A stretch of DNA of 64,000 nucleotides from Promethearchaeota archaeon (GCA_019058445.1 JAHPZA010000009.1:224001-288000); one strand, 5' to 3'; shown: positions 9,857 to 20,921, numbered from the stretch's first letter. Program-made: numbers and translations. The notes: generated by a model from the letters alone, not told the origin.

Positions 9857-10252
9857 GTGAAGAAAATTATGATTCAAATGAGTAAAATAGATACTGTGAG
9901 AAAGATTTTAGAAGAATTAGAAGAAAAAGTAATGGATATTATTGGTACTGCTGTTATCAGAACAAATGGTTTGGTTGTAGCATCGGCATTACCAAGTGAA
10001 TCTAATGAAAGAATGATAGCAGCAATGTCAGCTGCTCTGTTAGGTACCTCTAAAAGAAGTGCTGAAAATTTATTCGATGCAAATTTTAGAAGTTTGAATC
10101 TTGAATTAGATAAAGGAAACATGTTTCTTATTGAGGCTGGTCGCGTAATTCTTGTCGCGATTACGAAAAAAGAGCCAAATGTAGGATTGATTACATTAGA
10201 AATGGAAGATACCTCAAAAAAGTTAAAAGAAATATTTAAATTTGAGGATTAA
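9857..10252 (+). CDS. Roadblock/LC7 domain protein
   Basis: AVIRTNGLVVASALP...IAAMSAALLG; the likely start is the ATG at 9878. Confidence 0.9.
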   Translation: MKKIMIQMSKIDTVRKILEELEEKVMDIIGTAVIRTNGLVVASALPSESNERMIAAMSAALLGTSKRSAENLFDANFRSLNLELDKGNMFLIEAGRVILVAITKKEPNVGLITLEMEDTSKKLKEIFKFED

Positions 10253-10255
10253 GTC

Positions 10256-10720
10256 ATGTCGGATAAAAGAATTAATCAATTAAAGTTCATAGTATCAATG
10301 TTTAAAATGTCTATGAATGAATTCAATAATGTAATGGGGCCTGAATCAATTCAGACTATTTTTAGATTAATCGGAGAAAATCAAGGTACAGCAATAGAAA
10401 AAAGATTAAAAGAAAAATATAAGGTTGATAATTGGACTCCAGAAAAATTAAGCGAATTATTAATTAAAGATGTATTTGAACCTGCTATAGGAGAAGATAG
10501 CGCGGAGATAAATGTTACAGGTAATGAACTGACTGTTAAAATAAAAGCCTGCCCATTTCATAAAGCAGGTATAAAAATTGATGATAAATTCTATTGTACA
10601 TATACAGAGGGATTAATTGATACAGTATCTAAATTAGCATTGAAAGATACAGAATTTAAAACTGAACTTTTGCAATCTGAGGGAAAAGATTGTTGTCAAT
10701 TTAAAATAATAATTAACTAA
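10256..10720 (+). CDS. V4R-type (methanogen output domain 1-like) protein
   Basis: IKACPF...FYCTYTEGLI...GKDCCQF pattern; 3 nt downstream of the roadblock gene. Confidence 0.7.
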   Translation: MSDKRINQLKFIVSMFKMSMNEFNNVMGPESIQTIFRLIGENQGTAIEKRLKEKYKVDNWTPEKLSELLIKDVFEPAIGEDSAEINVTGNELTVKIKACPFHKAGIKIDDKFYCTYTEGLIDTVSKLALKDTEFKTELLQSEGKDCCQFKIIIN

Positions 10721-10752
10721 ATAAACAGGTATTAGAATTTTTATTCTTAATC

Positions 10753-11523
10753 TTATATCAGGGTTTTAATTTTTTCTGCAATGCGTTCAGCAGAATAATC
10801 CATCATTCCAAGTGTAGTTTTTTTAGTAAATTGAATAATCAATAATAAATTAATGAAATTCTGATAAGATATAACTCTTTCACATACCTTTTGTCCATTT
10901 CCTAATGTATAAAATAGTTCAGGTAAATCAAACACGCCGGTCATATACCTAATTTCTAATTCTCTCATTGCTCTAAGAAATACATCATCTGTTAGTGAAG
11001 AATAGATAATAGACCCTTTACTTGTTAATAATGCACAGCCAATTATTTCTTCTTCAGAGCGTAAGGTTGCAAAGTAATTAATGATCTCATTATATGATTT
11101 ATGTTGTTTCATTTGATTGATTTCTTCTTCCCCATGAATTATGGTGTCAATTTGAGTATTAAAATTAGGATCCTCAATTATTTCACAGCCTTTCTCATAT
11201 TCTCCATCATTTATCATTTTTTGATAATATTGAACAAAGAGAAGAGTGATTTTTTCCAATCTACTATTAATGAATAATAGATTTTCCCCTGAATCAGAGA
11301 GAATTACGAATACAAACTCCTTTTCTTTTTTTAAAACAAATCTTAATTCGCTTAATTCTAGAACCTCTAGATTTTTCGAAATTACCTTTTCAGAAAAAGA
11401 TAATATTGCAGAGATAAAAGGTGTTATTAAATCAGTTTGTAAATCTTTAAATTCATCTGAAAAATCCCGTTTATACACACATACTCCACCAGAATGCAAA
11501 ATAAAAAGAGAATGAATCTTCAT
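10753..11523 (-). CDS. Longin-like plus roadblock-like fusion protein
   Basis: N-terminal IHSLFILHSGGVCVY...LITPFISAILSFS (longin-like); C-terminal IIGCALLTSKGSIIYSSL (roadblock-like). Confidence 0.7.
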   Translation of the reverse strand: MKIHSLFILHSGGVCVYKRDFSDEFKDLQTDLITPFISAILSFSEKVISKNLEVLELSELRFVLKKEKEFVFVILSDSGENLLFINSRLEKITLLFVQYYQKMINDGEYEKGCEIIEDPNFNTQIDTIIHGEEEINQMKQHKSYNEIINYFATLRSEEEIIGCALLTSKGSIIYSSLTDDVFLRAMRELEIRYMTGVFDLPELFYTLGNGQKVCERVISYQNFINLLLIIQFTKKTTLGMMDYSAERIAEKIKTLI

Positions 11524-11585
11524 TAGCTAACTATATTAGATGGTATTAATATTAAATTATAAGTAATACTTTAAAATTATTTAGA

Positions 11586-12020
11586 TTGATGATCAGAATG
11601 GGGATTCTTACTAAAGTAAAGGAATTGTTTGAGAAGAAACCTATTGAAACCCTTCGCCAGTTAGAAGAAGAGTTAGCGAAAATTCAAAGTAAAAATAAGT
11701 ATGAAATAATTGCTTTAATCGGGACTGGGGGAAGGCTTAAGGGATTACCCCTTGTTTATGCCGCTGAAGATGAAAATTCTTTAAAAATTCTTTCAGCAAG
11801 ACTGAGTGAACTATTAAAAATAATACAGAATCTTTCAGAGGAAGATATTCTCAGAGACATAGTGATTAATTATGATGATACAATATTATTTTTCAAACCC
11901 ATAATGGCTAATATTAGTTTTTTCGCTGTTGTAAGGGAGAATGATGATATTTTAATTTTAAAGCAATTTATTTATAAACATGAAGATATATTAAAAGAAT
12001 TATTTCATGATAAAATATAG
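11586..12020 (+). CDS. Hypothetical protein, possibly roadblock/profilin-like fold
   Basis: IIALIG...GLPLVY followed by a helix and beta hairpins. Confidence 0.5.
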   Translation: MMIRMGILTKVKELFEKKPIETLRQLEEELAKIQSKNKYEIIALIGTGGRLKGLPLVYAAEDENSLKILSARLSELLKIIQNLSEEDILRDIVINYDDTILFFKPIMANISFFAVVRENDDILILKQFIYKHEDILKELFHDKI

Positions 12021-12050
12021 ATAAAAAAAGAGCAATTTTTTGCATTATCC

Positions 12051-12962
12051 TTAATCACTTGAATCTTCATAACTCGAGTTCAGGTCTTTATTTTTCAAAA
12101 CTGTTATTATAATAGCAATAAAGATTAGACCACATCCAATCCAAGCTTGTAATGATAAAACTTCATTCCCGAGTAAATAGCTAGCAAAAATTACAGCAAA
12201 AACAGGTTCGAGTGTGAAAATAATGGCGGTTTGGGAAGGACCTTGATATTGCTGACCCCAGTTCTGAAATAAGAATGTGAGAGTAGTAACGATGAGTCCC
12301 ATGTAAACCATAATTAACCAAAAACTTATATTTGCACTCATTAATTCATATGACTCATTAATTAATAGAGAGCTGCCAAAACAGAGCAAGGCAAGCGTTG
12401 CTAATTGAATCATAGAATAAAGGTATACATCAACCATCCGCACATATTTGTCATTAAAAACTATAAAAATAGCACAAAAGACTGCACATATCAAAACCAA
12501 TATATCCCCAATGATAACTTGCGCGTTTCCTTCCAATAATAGAAAGCCCATTCCGACAACAGATAACGCAACCGCAATCCAAATTCGCACATTAACCTCC
12601 TTTTTTTTAAATATAATCCAAGCCAGAAATGGAACCATTACACAGTTGAGACCTGTAATAAATCCCGCTTTTCCAGCAGAAGTTGTTTGAAGACCAATGG
12701 TTTGGAATGTAATAGCAAAATAATAAATTATTCCGCTGATGATTCCCATCCATATAATTTTTTTATTGATATTCCTTATATGGATAAAAAATGGAGCAAA
12801 TCCGATAAGTGCTATCAAATATCTTAAGCCGAGATATAAAAAAATTGGGACTTCTTTAGTAACTGTTTTAGTAATAATAAATGTAGAACCCCATAGGACT
12901 GATGTTATTATTAGCACTATAATTGCGATGGTTTTTTTTTCTGAGAGGGAAATAGTGACCAT
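12051..12962 (-). CDS. DMT/EamA family transporter
   Basis: WGSTF, TSAGKAGFITG, IIFTLEPVFA; 10 TM. Confidence 0.92.
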   Translation of the reverse strand: MVTISLSEKKTIAIIVLIITSVLWGSTFIITKTVTKEVPIFLYLGLRYLIALIGFAPFFIHIRNINKKIIWMGIISGIIYYFAITFQTIGLQTTSAGKAGFITGLNCVMVPFLAWIIFKKKEVNVRIWIAVALSVVGMGFLLLEGNAQVIIGDILVLICAVFCAIFIVFNDKYVRMVDVYLYSMIQLATLALLCFGSSLLINESYELMSANISFWLIMVYMGLIVTTLTFLFQNWGQQYQGPSQTAIIFTLEPVFAVIFASYLLGNEVLSLQAWIGCGLIFIAIIITVLKNKDLNSSYEDSSD

Positions 12963-13042
12963 AGTTAGTCTAAAGATATATTATGATATTTAGGAAAATT
13001 TTTCATGATTTACTAATCTTCTGATTTCAACAAAAAATGGGA

Positions 13043-16000
13043 CTAATTTTTATTAAAAAGCAAAAAATATTGCTCCTTAATAGTTTCTAAATTTTTAAGC
13101 GCTTCAAGGGTAAAGATCATCATATATTTAGAATGAAGTTTATCGTGATTCGGACAGATATTATGTGCTAGTTCATGGGCAGCAATCATTAACCAAATTA
13201 AAAATAAGGGATACTTGTTTTCAAGCTCTTCATCAATCATTAACAAATAGTTAAACAGTATTTGTCCCTTATAATTAAAAGCTTCAATAGGGGCATTGAA
13301 TAGTGCAACTGAAACTGTCTCTTGATTTCCCCCCATCATAGAGATTATGAATTGTAGCATTTTTTCAAATTTTTGAAGTAAATTAACATCAAAATTAACT
13401 TCAAGATCATCTTGGATATAGTAATGAAATCCATTTACTTTTTCAATTTTTAATTTCGGAATTGGTGGGGTAATATCAACTCCACCGAATTCAGCACGAC
13501 CCGGGAATTCCATTGATTTGTACATAGTTTTTCTTTGCTTTTTTAAAATCCTTTTGGTATTATTGTTGATTTTGTAATAATTGGAAATTCTTCCCTGATT
13601 AAAATTAAAATTATTATCAATTTGTTGTTTAATAAAATCAGTCATTTTATTATGAGGAGGTGGTGATTTAAGGATAATATTAATCTGATCCTCCTGATTA
13701 ACCGATATATTTTTATTCATATTTAGTATTCTTTTTTGAATATTAGTTCCAGTAGCTTCTTTGATTATATTAAACCGTTTGGGCGTCCATGATTTCGGTT
13801 TTATATCTTTCTTTTTAGAAATTCTGGGTAAGTTTTGATAAAATCGTGAATTTTTAATTAAATCCTGATTTTTTTCCTCTACCAAATTTAATTTGACATT
13901 GGGGTTATTAAATTTCTTAGCTTCTAACTTAAATGTAGAATATCCAAGTTCTTTCAAGGTTTGAATCTTATTTTCTGAAAATAACAATTTTTCTATTATA
14001 GGACTGAACATTTTAGCTTTAGGGACACTTCCAATGAATACACTATATGCGATTGCTTTTGAAAAATCCATTAAAAATTTGGTGGGATTTCTTTTATTGA
14101 TATGTTGGATTATCCCAATTATATTTTTCTTTGAATCATATTCTACTGTATTGCCTTGAATCTTACTCTTTTTATTTTCATACTGAAGTTCATAGAATAT
14201 ATGTTCACATATTAAACATTTTATTTTTCTAATTCGGCTTTTCCAATTTTTATCTAGTGAAGAAATATTACTTTCTTTTACAATGATTTCTATATAGGGT
14301 ATAAGTTCAACAATCTTCATTGATAAATCTTTGGAGAATTGAGCTCCTTTTATTTCTCCAGTAAACATAATATTTTTGAGAATGACATCCGAAACCTTTT
14401 TCACACCGACACTCTCTAAAAAATCTATAATTTTATCATTAATAATGGCTACTTTAATTGAAGGGAATCTTTCTATATAGGATTTTTCATCAGGAATAAA
14501 AATTTTATCGGGATATTCGAATGATTTTAAATCATCACTTAGTACTATCTTGGATTTCCTTAAGCTTAGTCTCATACTTTCGCTTAGAAATCTATAACGC
14601 TGTCCTAGTATGTTATACAACATAAAAAGCCTCTGAGATTCTACTTTCCCATGATTTGTATATTCGATTAAAAATTCTGCCACATCATCGCTGTTAATAG
14701 ATGTTTTAACGCCTATTCTTTTAAAGAAATTTAGACTATTAGGGTAATCCGAATATCTAATCAAATTCTTTTTATCTCCATAAATAACTTCCGCCTCTCT
14801 TGAATAGATAATGAGTTTTGATGCCTTTTCGAAAGTTTGATATTTAGGGAGATATATAATTGGATTATTCATCAATTTCTTTATAGTATTAACATTTAAT
14901 CTGTTAAAATTATCGGTTTGTCCAAGAAATGCATAAATTTTATCAAATCTCTTTTTAAGGCTCGGAATATCTGAGTTATTATCAAAGATCTGTTTATCTT
15001 TTATTAGGTTATTAAATAAATGATAAGCAACATCCTCAGGGATAGCGTTTTCATTTATTCCTAATTTTTTAAATAATTTTTCAGGAATGTTAATTAATGG
15101 ATAAGGAACAGATTCTCCTAATAAATTCATTATTTTTTCTTGTTTGATGTAGATTTCAGTAGATTTTTTAAGGCCTTTAGTGCTAGGAATGAAAGCTAAT
15201 TCTTTTAACTCGAGAAAAAATCCACGTTTTTCATCTTTTTGATCGTTTTTAGCAATAGCATTTAAGAGTAATTCTATTCTTTCTTTAAGTTCATGCGCAA
15301 TCTTTCCGTTTTGTTTTTCCTGTGATTTATAAATATTAATTGCTTGCTCTATTGCTAATCTCAAGTGTTTTATTTTTGGATACTTTGAAATTCCAATTTT
15401 CTTAAAAAACTTTAACCACTCTTTATTAGTATCCTCTTTTGGATCAAAATAATTTACAAGATCGCCCAATATTTTTTTATTTTGGTCATTTAAGAAATAA
15501 CAATCATTTGGTCTGACAAATTTACCATCAGTAGTGGGAATTAATTCAATTTTTTCTAAATATTTAAGATCGCTGTTTTTAAGACTACGCACATTTTTTG
15601 ATAAAAATTTCAAGACCTCTAAAGATATTATCGCAGATCCATGTTTTCTTATCTGAGCTATAACATATTTTGCAGTTAATTCTTTAGAAACTCCTAAATT
15701 TTCGAAGTACATTTTGCATTTTCTAGATGCCTCAAGTTTCTTAGGAATTAAAGCTATATTATTCCCAAAGACATTTTTTGTGGCCGCACGATTGAAAAAG
15801 GCCTCATCAGGATTCTTAAAACCATCATTAGTAATAATTATTTTACGTTTTTTATCTAAAAGCCCGAACTTATGAAAATATATGTAGTATTTTTTCAATA
15901 ACTCTAAATTTTTTGTGGAAAATGAGGATTTCTTTGAAATGAAATAATCTAAAACTTGTTTAGGTCTGAGTTTTGGGACCCCCAGATTTATAATAAAATC

Positions 16001-17605
16001 CTTTAATGGTTTGTTCTCTATGAAGTCAGAATTAAGTTCCTTCTGTGACGAATAGAGACCTATAGCTTCCTCATGTGGGATGATTAAATGCCTTGGTACG
16101 AGGAGTTTCCCCCCTCTATTTGGGAGGGTTTTCCTATTTAAGAGAAGGGTTTTCATTTGCTTGGTTATTTTGTTACGGTGAATGGAAAGATATGACCACG
16201 CGTTAAAAAGATCTTGCGTCTTTCTAATATTTCCAAGTGCAATGTTTTCAACTAAGTCGCTAATTGTAAGTTCTCTTACACCTGCGGTTTTAAGAAGTTT
16301 AATTATATCTTCATTTGAGCCGGGATCTATAAATTTAAACTGATTTTTGAAGAAGGTCCATAATCCAGGATCGGCAATTGCCATTTTTGATGCCTTATTC
16401 CAGTTACCATTTTGATCTAATACATTCGTTTCAAGATATTTTACAATTTGTCTGAAAATATATTCCTTAGTATAAGATTCCAATGAAGAATACGTTTCTC
16501 TATAGTAAATTGTTTCCAGAATTGCATTAAAGAATTCAATCTTTCTTGCATCAGGAAAAGAAGATAAATATTTTTTAAAATAAGTGAGGGTAACTTCAAG
16601 TAATTCGGAAGCTTTACTTAGCAAAAACTTATTAAAATCTCCATCTATACCCTCTGTGGAAAATCCTTTTCTTGAAGTTTCTGGACTAAAATTACTAGAG
16701 AGCACAAAACCCAATCCAAATTGTGTATCAGATGGAAAAATGATATAAATTGGATAGTCGACTCTTTTTGGCAGGTTATTCTCAATTGCAAATGCGAGAT
16801 AAATGGGAATTTTAATATCTTCGGATTCTAAGATTAATACTTTTTGATTTAAATACTTTTTAGGAATATCTATGTCGCGTTTAACCACAATCCATCTATT
16901 CTCTTCTGAACGTAATTTTTTTCCTTTTGAAAATGTCTTAGTGATTAGAACGTTCATTATATTTGCTTGAATTTTATTACTTTTGAACAATACCTGATCC
17001 TCTATTGATTTTTTTAATTCAAGCATTTTATCAGAGTAAGTTAAATTTATAGTTTTTAATTTTCGCGTAAACAATAGATGGGAATATTGTGTGAGATAAT
17101 CTTCAATTTTATCCAATTTTTTTAAGTCATCTGAAGAGAGCCGTGAATGGAATGGCAGAATTAATCTTGTACCCTTAAAAAATGAATTGTAGTTTTCATT
17201 GATATATGGAACGAAATCTTCTGAATCATGATCCATTTTAAATTTTAGCAAAACCTTTCCCGAATGATACATAGGCGTGTCTGAAACCGATAGAACTGAG
17301 AGTGCTCCTAAGTTCATAGCTCCTGTTTTATCAAAATCTTTTCCTCCTAAACATGGTGTTAGAAGTCTTTCAATATCGTTAGAATCGAATGGTTTCCCAT
17401 CGTTAATAACCTCTATTTCTTTTGGCAAACTTATTCTAAATTTAATAGAATCGGCATCTGCATCATCAGCATTCTGGATTAATTCTCGTACAAACGTACG
17501 CACATCACTGTATAGATTATGAAATCGATGAGTTGTTTGATAAGCAGGATATATGATTTGTTTTCTTTTTAAATTACAATTTTCAAATTCTTTATTTATT
17601 TCCAT
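13043..17605 (-). CDS. 1520-aa sacsin-like GHKL ATPase protein with C-terminal HEXXH motif
   Basis: RELIQNADDA, NDGKPF, repeated sacsin-like IPT..G.F..P...Y segments, AAHELAHNICPNHDKLH. Confidence 0.8.
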   Translation of the reverse strand: MEINKEFENCNLKRKQIIYPAYQTTHRFHNLYSDVRTFVRELIQNADDADADSIKFRISLPKEIEVINDGKPFDSNDIERLLTPCLGGKDFDKTGAMNLGALSVLSVSDTPMYHSGKVLLKFKMDHDSEDFVPYINENYNSFFKGTRLILPFHSRLSSDDLKKLDKIEDYLTQYSHLLFTRKLKTINLTYSDKMLELKKSIEDQVLFKSNKIQANIMNVLITKTFSKGKKLRSEENRWIVVKRDIDIPKKYLNQKVLILESEDIKIPIYLAFAIENNLPKRVDYPIYIIFPSDTQFGLGFVLSSNFSPETSRKGFSTEGIDGDFNKFLLSKASELLEVTLTYFKKYLSSFPDARKIEFFNAILETIYYRETYSSLESYTKEYIFRQIVKYLETNVLDQNGNWNKASKMAIADPGLWTFFKNQFKFIDPGSNEDIIKLLKTAGVRELTISDLVENIALGNIRKTQDLFNAWSYLSIHRNKITKQMKTLLLNRKTLPNRGGKLLVPRHLIIPHEEAIGLYSSQKELNSDFIENKPLKDFIINLGVPKLRPKQVLDYFISKKSSFSTKNLELLKKYYIYFHKFGLLDKKRKIIITNDGFKNPDEAFFNRAATKNVFGNNIALIPKKLEASRKCKMYFENLGVSKELTAKYVIAQIRKHGSAIISLEVLKFLSKNVRSLKNSDLKYLEKIELIPTTDGKFVRPNDCYFLNDQNKKILGDLVNYFDPKEDTNKEWLKFFKKIGISKYPKIKHLRLAIEQAINIYKSQEKQNGKIAHELKERIELLLNAIAKNDQKDEKRGFFLELKELAFIPSTKGLKKSTEIYIKQEKIMNLLGESVPYPLINIPEKLFKKLGINENAIPEDVAYHLFNNLIKDKQIFDNNSDIPSLKKRFDKIYAFLGQTDNFNRLNVNTIKKLMNNPIIYLPKYQTFEKASKLIIYSREAEVIYGDKKNLIRYSDYPNSLNFFKRIGVKTSINSDDVAEFLIEYTNHGKVESQRLFMLYNILGQRYRFLSESMRLSLRKSKIVLSDDLKSFEYPDKIFIPDEKSYIERFPSIKVAIINDKIIDFLESVGVKKVSDVILKNIMFTGEIKGAQFSKDLSMKIVELIPYIEIIVKESNISSLDKNWKSRIRKIKCLICEHIFYELQYENKKSKIQGNTVEYDSKKNIIGIIQHINKRNPTKFLMDFSKAIAYSVFIGSVPKAKMFSPIIEKLLFSENKIQTLKELGYSTFKLEAKKFNNPNVKLNLVEEKNQDLIKNSRFYQNLPRISKKKDIKPKSWTPKRFNIIKEATGTNIQKRILNMNKNISVNQEDQINIILKSPPPHNKMTDFIKQQIDNNFNFNQGRISNYYKINNNTKRILKKQRKTMYKSMEFPGRAEFGGVDITPPIPKLKIEKVNGFHYYIQDDLEVNFDVNLLQKFEKMLQFIISMMGGNQETVSVALFNAPIEAFNYKGQILFNYLLMIDEELENKYPLFLIWLMIAAHELAHNICPNHDKLHSKYMMIFTLEALKNLETIKEQYFLLFNKN

Positions 17606-17860
17606 TCAATAACCCCAAAAAATAGTTATATTCAATGAGCTTATAAAAAAGATGATGTTTATTGATTTTAAATTTAACTATAAGGAATAATAAGAATCGA
17701 AATGAGTGATTTTAGTATTAAATGTAAGAGATTTGAGCTTATAAGAAAGAGCATAAATCCTAGACAAATAATTTAACAAGATTTACATAAATTTTTTTAT
17801 ATATCTAAGAATAAATAAATATTAACAACAAATTAAAGAGATTCATTAAAGTCGATTGTT

Positions 17861-18298
17861 ATGCCTGAAATAGAAACAAAAATAGAAATAAATGCCCCTC
17901 CAGATCTTATCTTTAAAATCTTAGATGATTTTAAAAATGCTCAAGTTTGGAACATAGTAATTAGCCATACAGAGGAATTAGAACCGAATAAAAAATATTT
18001 CTTTAAAACAAATGTAGGAGATATGACAACCACGAGAACTGAAACTATTGAAAATAAAAAAGTTGCAATGCTCCAAGAAGGGAGCCCTATACAAGAAATG
18101 GCATATCTTATAGAACCCAAAGGGGAAGTTACAGAAGTTGCTATATGGGGTGTATTTGAATTAGAAGAGCAGCGGAGTATTATGAAGATGGCAGGCGAAT
18201 TGCTACTTAAAAGTTTAAAAGTATATGTTAACCATATCGTAGCTGGTGGGAAACCTGAAGACTATGAAAAATCTTTTGATGAAATAAAAAATGCCTAA
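17861..18298 (+). CDS. SRPBCC/START-fold protein
   Basis: IEINAPPDLIFKILDDFKNAQVW. Confidence 0.8.
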   Translation: MPEIETKIEINAPPDLIFKILDDFKNAQVWNIVISHTEELEPNKKYFFKTNVGDMTTTRTETIENKKVAMLQEGSPIQEMAYLIEPKGEVTEVAIWGVFELEEQRSIMKMAGELLLKSLKVYVNHIVAGGKPEDYEKSFDEIKNA

Positions 18299-18348
18299 TT
18301 CTTTTTTTGAAATTAATTTTTTTTTTTAATTTTGTTATGTAATTATTG

Positions 18349-18909
18349 CTATACTAGTTTTAATAAGTCTGCATCAGTACTAATTCCAATATATTTTCCA
18401 TGTTCTTTTACAAGAACAGCAGGATAATTGGTTAGTAAATTAGAGATATCCCTTATATCCCAATCCTTTTCTATTTCGGGAAATGGTAATTCTTTAATGA
18501 GTTCAACTTCAGCGTTAATTAGATTAGGATTATCAGTAATGAGCTTTTGAATTTTCTTAGAAGTAATACTTCCAAGATTTTGTCCATTCTCAATAATAGG
18601 AAGCTGAGATATTTTATATTTATTCATTAATTCAACGGCGTTTTTAATAGTGGATTTAGGTGTTATAGAGATAATATTTTTACTCATAATTGTTTCTGCT
18701 CTCCGTTCTGATTTTTTAATTCTCAATTTTTCATTCTCTAAGTAATCAAAAATCTTTTTTACTGTTAAATAAGATGGATTTCCAATACCATTTTCAATTC
18801 GAGAAATAGTAGCTTGAGAAATGCCTAAATCTTTTTCAATCTTTTTTTGATTAATATTAAGTTTCCTTCTAATTATCTTAATCTCTTTCAAATCTGGAAT
18901 TAGTGGCAT
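18349..18909 (-). CDS. XRE-HTH plus CBS-pair transcriptional regulator
   Basis: IRRKLNINQ..GISQATISRIENG..PSY; ISQLPII CBS. Confidence 0.9.
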   Translation of the reverse strand: MPLIPDLKEIKIIRRKLNINQKKIEKDLGISQATISRIENGIGNPSYLTVKKIFDYLENEKLRIKKSERRAETIMSKNIISITPKSTIKNAVELMNKYKISQLPIIENGQNLGSITSKKIQKLITDNPNLINAEVELIKELPFPEIEKDWDIRDISNLLTNYPAVLVKEHGKYIGISTDADLLKLV

Positions 18910-19048
18910 TTTTATAATATTTATGAATATTTTATGTTATATATGGATATTTCTTTTCTTAATTATTTATAAATAAAATATTGTTTTTATTATTAACTTT
19001 TATTGATATTTTTAAAATAGAAACAATATTTTATTACATGGTGATAGC

Positions 19049-20521
19049 GTGACTAAGACGTATTCTGAGATTAATGAAAAAATAAAAAATGGCAGTGTGG
19101 TGGTATTAACCGCCGAAGAAATGATAAATTTTGTAGATGAGCATGGAATTAAAGTTGCTGCCGAGGAAGTTGATGTGGTTACCACGGGAACTTTTGGTCC
19201 TATGTGTTCGAGTGGAGCGTTTTTAAATTTCGGGCATAGCGACCCCCCTATAAAGTTCGAACATTTAACATTAAACGATGTAAAGGCATATCATGGGAAT
19301 GCTGCTGTCGATTGCTATATTGGTTGTACCAGAATGGCAGATATAAAGCCATTTGAATATGGAGGAGGGCATGTAATTGAGGATCTCGTGTCTGGTAAAC
19401 CAATAAGGCTGAAAGGAACTTCTTATACGACGGATTGTTACCCCCTTGCTGAAGTTGATACCGAATTTACACTTGATGATCTTAATCAGGCAATTTTATG
19501 TAATCCTAGAAATGGGTATCAGCGATATGTATGTGCGGTAAATAGTTCCGATAAAACGATCTATACATATATGGGGAAATTATTGCCAAATTTTGGAAAT
19601 GCTCATTTTGCTGGATCTGGGTGTTTGAATCCTTTAACTAATGATCCTGATTATGAAACCATTGGATTGGGTACAAAAATATTTCTTGGAGGAGGGGTGG
19701 GATATGTAATTGGGGAAGGAACGCAACATAGCCCCTCCAATAGATTTGGTACTTTATTTGTTAAAGGAAATCTAAAGCAAATGAAGCCGGAATTTTTACG
19801 TGGAGCAACTTATGAAAAATATGGCACTTCAATGTTTGTTGGGCTTGGTATTCCCATACCCATTTTGAATGAAGGATTAGCTAAAAAAACGGCTATTAAA
19901 GACGAGGAAGTAATAACTGGTATTGTAGATTATGGTATACCCCGAAGGGATAGACCTACACTTAAAGAAATTACATATAAAGAATTAAAAAGTGGTTCAA
20001 TTGAGTTAAATGGGAAAAAAATAAAGTGTTCATCTTTAACATCGTTGTATCATGCACGAAAAATTGCTGAAACTCTTAAAAACTGGATCCTCAATGGAGA
20101 CTTTCTATTAAATCCTCCAGCTGAAACGCTGCCAACAGATACCGTATTTAAACCAATGAAGTTGACAGCTGAGTTGAAATTCGTAAAAGATTTAAAGAAA
20201 GATGCTGAAATTTGTTATGATGACTGTGATATTAAAGTAGTCGCTGAAATTATTATTAGAAAAAATGTTAATCACATTGTTATTACCGATCGAGACCGTA
20301 CTCTAAAAGGAATCGTCACGAGTTTTGATATTACAAGGGCTATTGCTGAAGATAAGGATCACTTGAGTGATATAATTACAAAGCGGGTCTTTACAACCAA
20401 GGATAATGAGCCTATAAGTAACGCCGCGAGAAAAATGAAAATAAATAATATTTCTGCCTTACCTGTCCTCGATGATGAGAGAAGGGTTATAGGTATAATA
20501 ACAAGCGAGGAGCTGATGTAA
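19049..20521 (+). CDS. L-aspartate semialdehyde sulfurtransferase (homocysteine biosynthesis, DUF39+CBS, MA1821-like)
   Basis: VDVVTTGTFGPMCSSGAFLNFGH, YTYMGKLLP, C-terminal CBS pair. Confidence 0.92.
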   Translation: MTKTYSEINEKIKNGSVVVLTAEEMINFVDEHGIKVAAEEVDVVTTGTFGPMCSSGAFLNFGHSDPPIKFEHLTLNDVKAYHGNAAVDCYIGCTRMADIKPFEYGGGHVIEDLVSGKPIRLKGTSYTTDCYPLAEVDTEFTLDDLNQAILCNPRNGYQRYVCAVNSSDKTIYTYMGKLLPNFGNAHFAGSGCLNPLTNDPDYETIGLGTKIFLGGGVGYVIGEGTQHSPSNRFGTLFVKGNLKQMKPEFLRGATYEKYGTSMFVGLGIPIPILNEGLAKKTAIKDEEVITGIVDYGIPRRDRPTLKEITYKELKSGSIELNGKKIKCSSLTSLYHARKIAETLKNWILNGDFLLNPPAETLPTDTVFKPMKLTAELKFVKDLKKDAEICYDDCDIKVVAEIIIRKNVNHIVITDRDRTLKGIVTSFDITRAIAEDKDHLSDIITKRVFTTKDNEPISNAARKMKINNISALPVLDDERRVIGIITSEELM

Positions 20522-20525
20522 AAAT

Positions 20526-20921
20526 TTGACTGTCATTAACGTTACCTTGCCATTTGGGCTAATAAAAAAAGTTGATGATTACTCAAAAATAATTAACGTT
20601 ATCTTAGAACAACAAATTTCTGTTAATATATTAAAATTTTCAACTGGTAGGAGTGGTATTAATCTACTTTTAGACATTCCTGAAGATAAAATAAACAGTA
20701 TCACTGAAGCATTGAAAAAGAATAAAGTTATTGTCAATAAAAAAGGAAGAGTAATTGTTGATATCGAAAAATGTATCGATTGTGGAGCATGCGTGTCCCT
20801 TTGTCCAACTGATGCCCTTCATCTGGACGAAAAAGGATTATTAGAATATTCCTTAGAACGTTGTCTTGGATGTGGGCTCTGTATTGATGCTTGTCCACGA
20901 GGCGCGATTGAAGAAACCTAA
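20526..20921 (+). CDS. NIL/ACT-like plus 2x[4Fe-4S] ferredoxin (MA1822-like partner)
   Basis: CIDCGACVSLCP and CLGCGLCIDACP; immediately downstream of the sulfurtransferase. Confidence 0.88.
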   Translation: MTVINVTLPFGLIKKVDDYSKIINVILEQQISVNILKFSTGRSGINLLLDIPEDKINSITEALKKNKVIVNKKGRVIVDIEKCIDCGACVSLCPTDALHLDEKGLLEYSLERCLGCGLCIDACPRGAIEET

